Below are positions 19,052-28,200 of a stretch of DNA of 64,000 nt, piece after piece. The first letter of the stretch is position 1; each line of letters starts with the position of its first letter. A program made the position numbers and the translations under genes. Under the pieces are notes generated by a model. It was not told the origin of the DNA and did not search any database. It saw nothing but the letters and a program-made list of their open reading frames with translations. This DNA comes from a virus, in IMG/VR virus record IMGVR_UViG_3300045988_129927. The stretch is one strand, 5' to 3'.

Positions 19052-20726
19052 CAACTAGGTGACTAGTAGTCGGACCATATCATCATCTTCAACATTACTT
19101 GCTAAGACTCCAAAGTAACTATAAAGCTACTAAGAAGGATACATAGAGGCTTTGTGATAAATTACAAAGCCACTGTATCTGCCCCCCATTTGGGACTCAA
19201 GTGAGTCCTACGTCTTTCGACTGGCCTCTGAACGTTCACCCTTGTGTTAAGGGTGCTTCGCTGCGGATTACTGTGTTGACTAATCTCTTTTACTATCTCT
19301 TAATTAGTTAGATTAAGCCCTATAGTGTATTACTACCTATAGTTAGTGTATTAGCCTTTTTACAGTGTTCCCGTCAATTAGAGGGATTTGCTATTCTCTT
19401 ATTTCTAAGAGAAGCGGACAATATAAATTAGAGTATAGACTATTTTATAAACAGTATTTTTTAAATGTTATTCGGATAAATGTTTACCGTTATTGATATC
19501 TTTTTCCACAATGATGTACTTATCTTCCCACTTAAAAGGTGGTCTACGTAATCGATACTTCCACACAGTTTTAATAGTACCAAGTGCTTTCGCTAATTCA
19601 CGAAGATTACTATATGTTATCACTTCACCAGTCTTTTTAATAGTAACTTTCAATGGGTAATTAATAATAGGTCTTCTGTTATTGTATTTAACTTCAGGCC
19701 ATTCACCATTAAAATCACTTTTTAACATATAAGCACAGTCATCTGGATATCTAACCATACCTTTAGATAATAATCTAACTTCACCCACACCTTTACCAAT
19801 ACCTAACTGTCTTTCCATCTCTCTAATACTAAAGTATTCTTTAATTTCTTTAGTATCGCAGTTATAAACTAAAATAGGTTGTTGGACAATGGTTAAGTAT
19901 TGTCTGGTAGTCTGTAGATTATTTTCTCTACGACTTTGCCATTGTAGGTTAGATAAATTATTGTTCTGTGGATTACAATCTAAGTGGCTAACGTCTAATT
20001 CAAAAAAGTTATTAGACATTGGTAAATAAGCATATGCTAGTAGTCTATGTTTACCACATTTCGTTGCTTTTAAATCGTAATCCCTACATATGGTGTTTTT
20101 TACATAAGGTGCTTTTACACGTCTTGATTTTTCAAGAATATCGAATAGTATCTTACCATCGCTTATTCTTTTAACTACACCTTCTCTATTAATTTTGTAT
20201 CTAGTAAAACCAGGAATTAATCTAAATCCTTCTTCATCATCTTTAATGTTAGTGTTATTCCAACTTAAATTAAACGGATGTAGATTACCTTTATTACCAT
20301 CGATGTAGATTATATCCCAATCCATTATTTCCCAAAAGAAATCAGGATTAGTATTCTTAAATACAAAATTAACAATATTAGCAATTCTTACTTCTTTGTC
20401 TTTAATATTTACAAAGAATTCACCTTCTTTTTCAAAAGGCAGTACTTGCTTAACAGATGGTGGTAATGATTTTTCAACGTGGAAAATATCACCTTGAATA
20501 TTTACTGTATAATAGTCTTTATCTGTTTCCAGAAAGATATCATCAGTTTTATCATTGTGTCTTCTTAACATTTTATTCACCTATTTATAAAGTTATTCAA
20601 AAACTTGAATTTAATTCATAAATAAGTGGTCTATACCAAATTACCGTAAATGACTAAATTTTACGGTCTTTTATCCGCCCCCTGGCCCGAATACGATGTT
20701 ACGGGCGGACTCATGGAATTAAAACA
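19052..20726 (-). mobile_element. group I intron (about 1675 nt) carrying an HNH homing-endonuclease ORF; boundaries approximate
   Basis: On the minus strand, in order: P-like TAATTGACGGGAAC (19367-19380), Q-like AATCCGCAGC (19260-19269), R-like GTTCAGAGGCCAGTCGAAAGAC (19212-19233), S-like GATGATATGGTCCGAC (19069-19084). P4 with a bulged A and P7 GGCCA/TGGTC can be drawn. The 5' exon ends in T and the intron ends in G. This RNA is GC-richer than its surroundings. Confidence 0.8.
19468..20580 (-). CDS. intron-encoded HNH homing endonuclease
   Basis: HLDCNPQNNNLSNLQWQSRRENN (about 19918-19986) is a canonical H-N-H motif. The C-terminal repeats FSIREMERQLGIGKG and YSNLRELAKALGTIK look like NUMOD/IENR-type DNA-binding helices. 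Confidence 0.85.
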   Translation of the reverse strand: MNKMLRRHNDKTDDIFLETDKDYYTVNIQGDIFHVEKSLPPSVKQVLPFEKEGEFFVNIKDKEVRIANIVNFVFKNTNPDFFWEIMDWDIIYIDGNKGNLHPFNLSWNNTNIKDDEEGFRLIPGFTRYKINREGVVKRISDGKILFDILEKSRRVKAPYVKNTICRDYDLKATKCGKHRLLAYAYLPMSNNFFELDVSHLDCNPQNNNLSNLQWQSRRENNLQTTRQYLTIVQQPILVYNCDTKEIKEYFSIREMERQLGIGKGVGEVRLLSKGMVRYPDDCAYMLKSDFNGEWPEVKYNNRRPIINYPLKVTIKKTGEVITYSNLRELAKALGTIKTVWKYRLRRPPFKWEDKYIIVEKDINNGKHLSE

Positions 20727-22148
20727 ATCCATTCCATATACAGGAAATTTTAGGAATTCTAGACTATTATCATCTATTTCCCAGTTATCGTTTAACATCT
20801 TACGTTTTTCGGTCTTGGTTGTTGTCATGACAATTGTATTGCCAGGAACATTACTACCAATGCCTGTAATAGGATACCGTGTAGCAAAACCTGGAGTATT
20901 GTTAATTTCATGGTAAGTACAAATATAAAGTAATTCAATAAATGTCAATGGGTGTACATCTTCCTTACTTCTATCAGGTGGTAACTCTGTAATACTATTC
21001 ATGATTTTAAAAGTATTATCAGGACCTTTATAAATTAAAGCAAGGTAATAACCATCTACTTCAATGGCTTTATGTCTAACAGCATCTGGTTTAAAACGAT
21101 GGATTAATTTACGAATACCTTCGTCAGACTGAAATACATCAAACCAATCCTGATTAAGATAAACATCTTCTTCTTTCAATGTTTTCTTATTAACTAATTT
21201 AACAGGATGTAGAGGGTCTGAAAACTTATCTTTTAAGAAACTATTTTTAATACCACGAATTGCAAATGGTAGACAAGATACAAGTTGCTGATATAAACCA
21301 ACGACAATATTGTTATAGCCTTGGTTATCTTTATCATGTGCAAAACGACCAGATGCTTTAGGTGCAGTAATTACGTTACGGGTAGTTTGGAAGACATTAC
21401 GTGAAGCCCATTTACCTTGGATTAATTTCTTCTTACCATGGCCTGTAATTTCACCTAAGTACATGAACAACTTTAAAGCAGTCTTTTGAATCGCATAGCG
21501 TGTATTATTTAGTAAAGACATGTTAGACTTATGTGAAGTACTACCAATAGAGGAAGCTAAAGACAATAACTCACGATAGATTTGATTTACTTCATCATGG
21601 GTGATTTGACCATCTTTAAATTCTACGTCACGATAACCAGCTTGTAGAATAATAAATTTATTAATCTTTAGAATATCTTTATTCTTTTCAATTAATTTAA
21701 TGGTCTCACGTCGTTTAGGGGAACCAGTATCGGGTAATTGGTATTTATCAAAATTTCTAAAAAAGAAATCATAGCCTGTTTCACCGTCGATGGCATTAGA
21801 ACGAACAAACTGTTTGGTTTCTTCATCAAAAACAGCAAAGGCCGTACCAGCCATAATTTCGTCAAGTAATCTATTTGCTGAAATCAATTCACGATAAACC
21901 AAAGGATGTAGAATTTCTACGTTTAAATCCATATAAGCTTGTTTCTTTAAACGTAATGGGTCACCTACAGGACCAAAGATTTCATTAGACCAAAGACCTT
22001 CTGGGTGTAAGTTATAGTTCGCACCATCGAACATATTACCAGAAGTGACTTTTCCTAATTGCTTATAAATATTTCCAGAATCTAGATTAAGTAAAGAAAG
22101 ATTAAAAGGTGTTCTTGCCTTTACTTTCTTAGCGTAATTTTCATCCAT
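20727..22148 (-). CDS. RNAP beta-prime-like N-terminal subunit, exon 1 (phiKZ gp178-like)
   Basis: WSNEIFGP (cf. ERIFGP) and GKWASRNVFQTTRNVITAPK (cf. [23 protein letters not shown]). The last 22 aa of the track ORF (CFNSMSPPVTSYSGQGADKRP) are read-through into the intron. Confidence 0.8.
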
Positions 22149-22268
22149 AAGAATTATTCCTTATAATGAGAGTAGCCTAACAGTGCGTTAGGCGTAAAGT
22201 TATGAAATCCCAATAATATAATTGGAGTATATAAATTTTTAATAAAATACAAACAGGAGCATTATATC

Positions 22269-25200
22269 ATGTTTGGAAAAAAGAAGAATATCCAAAAAGC
22301 CATGGCTATGGATAATGAATTCGATTTCGATTTTGATTTCGAAAAAGAAATGAATGATGGTGATTTCTTCGACAGCGGGGAGTCAATGGATTTTGAAAAG
22401 AATAAATCCAATCGTTCTCCAGCATTAAATGCTACAGCTGATGTCGCCAAAGGTATATCAGATGCTGTCATCTCTAAACAAGGGATGAAGACAATCCTAA
22501 CTAAAGTACTCCCTAAGTCTTACGGTGAAGTATTCGAAGAAGTATCTAATGCAAAAGATAACTTAGGTTATACCATCGGTGAGTCTTTAGAATCACTTAA
22601 TTCAGTTAAAAAACAAACACAGAATCTTTTACGTAAAGTAATCCCTATTTCAGAAAGAAATGGTTTAACTAAGGTAACTAACTTATTAAATAAAGTAGCT
22701 GGAAGTGATGATGATTCATACGATAGCGGAGATGATTCTGAAGAGAACAGAAGAAATAACTCAATAAACCAAACACTTGGCGAGTTGTTTAGTTTACAGA
22801 CAAAAGTACAGCAAAAACAAAGAGTAATTGACGAGAAAAAAGAGCTGGCTAAAGATGCTGTTGAAACTACACGGTTTGAAGGTCAGTATCGCGTATTAGC
22901 TTCTGTAGATGCTTCTTTACGTCAATCTGTATTATTTAGTAATACCAATACATTTAATTATTATCGTAAGTCAATTGAATTAGGTATTAGACAACTTCAC
23001 GTGCTGAGTGATATCTACCATAATCAATCTACTTCTAATGTTACTTTATTGAAAACATTAAACGATATTAAATTGAATACTGGTTTACCTGATTATGTTA
23101 AGATGAAAAATACAGAAGCAATAAAACAACAGGTTAAACAGAAATTTTTTGGCGGTATTTCTTCTAGTTTCATGGAGAAACTCACTAAGAATATTGGTGA
23201 AAATATCTCTCAATATGTTGGTACATTTAGTGATCTCTTTGAATCTATTTTCCCTATGGCTGAAGCCATGTTAGATAATGAAGCTGACGATATGTTCGAC
23301 GATGGTCGTTCCGATACTCGAAAACTATCTGGATTAGCTTCTGGTTCATTGTTATCCATAGCAGGCGGCAAGGTAGGTAAGTTTCTTAGAAAAAACATGA
23401 AAGGTACTAAATACGGTGATAAAATTCTTAAAGGTGGTGTTGCATTAAACCGCTTTAAGAATAACATGGGTCCTGAATTATCTAAAGCATTAGGTAGTAA
23501 AGAAATTGAGAAATTCTTAATTAAATATTTAGGCACTAGAGATAAGCAAGCAGATGGTTCTTTAGGAGATAAACAATCCAACACAATAACCGATTGGATA
23601 CTTAACGGTATGGATTGGTTAAAGATGCATGTAGATGAAGCTACAGATAAGGCAAAAGCAATTCATGTAGATAATCTTAATGGCTATAAGGATTTTAATA
23701 CACCAGAAGGACAACAAAGATTAACCAATAAAACAGTTAATGTCATCATTCCTGGTTATTTGTCTAGAATCTTACGTGAAATCACCATGATAAGAACCGG
23801 TTCTCCTGCTGAACTGTTAGATTATAACCACGCATCAGGACGATTCCAAAAAAGTTCAGAGATGCAGAAAGACTTAACAGTCAGAGCACTAGGTGCAAAC
23901 GCAGCAAATACTTATACTTCTGCTGGCTTAGGTGTAATGGGTAAATTGGATTTACATGGTTATAATAAGATTGGTAAATTAGAATATAAGAATGGTTTTA
24001 CCAAAGAAGATTCTAATTTAATTGGTCAGATATTAATTTCCTATAGCAAAGCAGGTAAACCACTAACACCAGAATTACTTTCTAATCCAGATACGTTTGC
24101 TACATTGCTTGGCAAAGAAAAAGCAGAAATAGTAGCTAAGAAGTTTAAAGAACTTAATAGACGAGACCACGAAGAAGATGAAGAGAACTTCGCAGAAATT
24201 GCTGACAATATTAATTCAGCTACTAAAGGCTTAGAACCAGATATTGATTTAATTAATAATTTATCTGCAACAGGTCAACTAGATTATTTAAAACGAAGTG
24301 GTGTGGTAACTGTAGATGGTAGAATTGGCTACGATAGTTTCATGTCTAATTTGAACAATCTATCAGGTAATGATTTTAGGGATGTTATGCGTAGTTATTA
24401 TACAGACCAAAATGATAATAAACTAGCATATAGAAATTCTTCTAAAAATGCTGCTTCAGCATTAGCTTATCAAAATAGCAGAACAAAAAGTGGTTTTGGT
24501 AATACAGTGTTAGGTAGAACAATTTCAGATAGTTATTTATCAGGTAGATACGACCCAAATAGAAAACTACTGCCTTATCTTCCTAATAGTACTGGTTCAA
24601 TGACAGTAAGTGAATTAGAGAAAATGGGTAGCTTTGCTAGTGGTGGTTATACTGGTAAATCTACTTCTGGTAATTCAGAAGACGAGTTGGCTGGCGTAGT
24701 CCATAAAGACGAATATGTCATCAACCAAGAAGATGTTGAGAAAATGGGCGGTCCTTCAGCTATTCAGAAATTTATCAACATGTTCAGAAGAACTGCTGAA
24801 AAATCTACGGATGCATTTGATTCTATTAAGAACACATTGAACAGTCAAATTGGTTCTAATAAAGAAGGTAAATCTAATTTAGAAATCATTGCTGACAATA
24901 CAATGTTAACCAATCTGTATTTAAAAGTAGCTGTGCAGAAATTAGATACTTTAAGTTCATTGGCTATTTCAGATAAAGTAGAAAGCAGTGATCCGACTAC
25001 ACAAACAGGTAAACGCTGGTGGCAGTTCGCTAATAATATATTTAGACGTAAACGCCAAGTAATGGGACCTCCTAAACCAAATGAAACAATTGAAGAACAA
25101 AAGAAATCTTTGCTTAGACAAAATGCAGAATTTCTTTGGGGTATTGGTACATGGCCATTTAGAACAGGTATACCTGCTGCATTTGGTATAGGTTCTAGTA

Positions 25201-28200
25201 TTATCGGTGGTGGTATTGATTTATTTAGAGATAATAAAGACAAGTACGTGAAGAATGTACAGGATTTTTATAACGATAAATCAAACAAACTTAAAGATAA
25301 GTTCATGGACGTATATAAGCAAGGCACGCCTGAACCCATTTTAAAAGCCAAAGATTTCATGATGGGCAAATACCGTACAGCAGAAGGTAAGGTAATTAAA
25401 AAATGGGAAGACATCCAAGGTTCAATTTACGATGAAGAAGGTAATCTCTTATTAACCTACGATGAATTTAAAGATTCTATCGTGATGTTTAAGAACAAAC
25501 CAACAGTTGTAAAAGCGATGAATTGGTTTAAAGAGAAGAAAGTACTTCGTAAACTAGGTGGTTTAGCAGTAGGTGCAGCATTATTAGGTCCAGCTGGTGT
25601 TATCTTAGCAGCAGGACATATGTTAGCTAAAAAACATAATCTTTACGGTAAAGCCAAAGAAGGATATACTAACGCTTTACAAGTAGATGTATATTTACCT
25701 AGTGACTTGAAAAACCCTGTAATGCTTGCACGTGATATTAAAGACAGAATGTATTACGATGAAGGTGCAAATGACTATGTAACTGACGCTCGTAAAATGA
25801 TAGGCCCAATCTACGATGTTAGACAAATGCAAGAATCTGGTACACCTACTATTATCGTTACCCAAGAAGAAATCGAAAAAGGTTTAGTAGATAAATACGG
25901 TAATAAGATTGGTACAACTGGTAAATTAGTCGCTAAGAAGCTATCCAATATGGCTGGTAACTTAGTATCCAAAGGTGTAAACTTAGGTGTTAAAACTGCT
26001 GTAGGTGCATTTAAATTAGCTAGATTTGGTTTTAACTTAGCAGTAGGCGCAGCCAAGATAGGTTGGGCTGTTTTATCTGGTGCTGCTTCTGGATTTAAAT
26101 CTGGTTTCGATAAAGGTATTGGTAAAGTAAAATCAGCAATGGACGGTATGTTCTTAAACCTTGCTTTGGTTAACGATACTAACCGATATCTCTATGCTAT
26201 TTATAATCTCTTAGATAAACGCATTCCATTGCCTGCAGGCACTTTAGGTGATGTAGATGGTGATGGTTTACGTGAAAATGGCATGGCAGATAACCGTAAG
26301 AAACGAGCAGAAGAGAAGAAAGAAAAAGCCGAAGACGAGAAACAAGCTAAACGAGACTTCCGATTAGCCTCTATGATTGCCAGTCTTTTACCATTTGGTT
26401 TTGGAAAAGGTAAAAAGAAAAAAGATAAAGACGGTGAGGAGGAGGAGGGTGGTGGATTCCTAAGTACGCTTTGGGATGGTGCTAAAACTGTCGGTGCTGG
26501 TATGTTAGGTCTAATGGGTCTAAAAGGCGGCGGTAAAGCAGCTTCAGCAGGTGGTAAAGCCGCAGGCGGTTTTCTAGGCAAAGTAGCTTCTAAAATACCA
26601 GGTGCTGGTATTGTAGGTAAAGCTGTTGGTGGATTATTACCAAAAGGTGGTTTAGCCGGTAAACTTATGGGTGGTTCTGCTAAACTAGGTGGTAAACTCC
26701 TAGGTGGCCTTGGTATGGTCACTTCTGGTGTATCAATGGCCAGCAATTTAGCACAAGGTAACTTCGGTGATGCCGCATGGGATGCAGGTGGTTTAGCTCT
26801 ATCTGCTGCAATGACTCCAGGGATTGGTTTAGGCGGTTTAGCCAGTGGTCTGGGTACCGCAGCTACATTCTTAGCTACTAACCCAATTGGTTGGGCTATC
26901 TTAGGTACAGCAGCAGTAGGTGCCGTAGGTTATGGTCTGTATAAGTTATTGAAGAATGATACCAAAATCAATGATAAAGTAAAAGCACGTTTGTTAATGT
27001 ATGGTTTTAATCCAGATGAAGATGAGAAGAAAGCTAAGATTATTCTGAAGTTTGAGAATATGTTAGACGAAGCTGTTCGATTTGTAAATGGACAGATTAG
27101 CATCGATGAATCTAAAATAGACATCGAAGAAGTGATGGAACTATTTGAAGTAGATAAAGAAGATAAAGAACATACAGCTAACTGGATGTACTGGTATAAC
27201 TCTAGGTTTAAACCTGTGTTTACAAAAACCATGAGTGTATTAAAAGGTATTAATCCTAAGTACAGTGCTGAAGACGCTTATGATTTAAAAGACCAAGAAG
27301 AATATAAATACTACGTAGGGATTAAACCAAAACCAGGTGAGTATAATTCTACACAATCTCCATTTAAAGACGCTGCGATTAACAGTTCAGGTGAACAAGC
27401 AATTAGCTTTATTGATAATATCTTAGCTAAGATTAAATCCACTCCAGAAGGTGCTAAGTTTGCACAAGGTGCTGCAATGGCCAATGGATTACAAGAGCAA
27501 GCTAAGAAAGACGCTGAAACTGCTAAGATAGAAGCTGGTTTAGATAAATCAAAAGCTAAAGATATTGGTGCAATGGGTTTAGGTGTCACAGCAGCTGGTG
27601 CTGCCGGTGCATTGGCAGCTTCTGCTACTAAGAGTAAACCTGTTACTGACTTTGTTAAAGGTGCAGGTAAATTTAGCTTATTAGCCGCTATTCCAGGTAT
27701 TGGTATTATTACTGGATTAGCCAGTAGTTTTGGTTTATTTGAATCAGACACTATTGAAAATACACCTACCGAAAATGGCTATGATCCATTTAACGCTATT
27801 CGTTATAAAACATATGGTTTAACCAGCTTATCAGAATCTGACCGAATAAGCACTTTAGCGCGTTTGGAATTAATGGTAAAAGAAGGCGTAACCATATCCC
27901 AAGGTAAGGCAACCTATAAAGGTGATATCGCTGAATTAGTGGTTAAATCTTGTGGCTTATTTGGTATTGATAAAAACGATACCAGTGGTTTACAAAGATT
28001 GACTGTATATTTAGGCGCACGCTTTATACCTGCATTCCTAAACTTAATGAATGGGTTACGTTCTGTTTTAAATAGTAATGATATATTCGTTATCTCTAGA
28101 GCAAGACCATCTGAACAAATGGCTATTGCTACGACCATGATGAATAGTGAAGGCAAACAAGGTTCTGTTTGGTCATGTACTGTTTCACCATGGGAAGGAT

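Noticed and set aside
20661-20726. The last 22 codons of the 495-aa track ORF (CFNSMSPPVTSYSGQGADKRP) as genuine coding sequence
   Set aside because: This stretch forms strong intron hairpins (TCCGCCC/GGGCGGA, ACCGTAAA/TTTACGGT) and follows the point where the DxDGD motif is broken. It is best read as read-through into the group I intron.
26433-26455. G-rich run ggtgaggaggaggagggtggtgg as a possible G-quadruplex
   Set aside because: It is simply in-frame Gly/Glu codons (GEEEEGGG) inside the giant gene. It has only one GGG run, so it is not a canonical G4.
26201-26746. 181-aa Pro-rich ORF on the minus strand
   Set aside because: It is an antisense shadow of the Gly-rich (GGN-codon) block of the 2811-aa gene. 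Its low-complexity P/A/L composition is exactly what the reverse complement of Gly/Lys/Ala codons produces.
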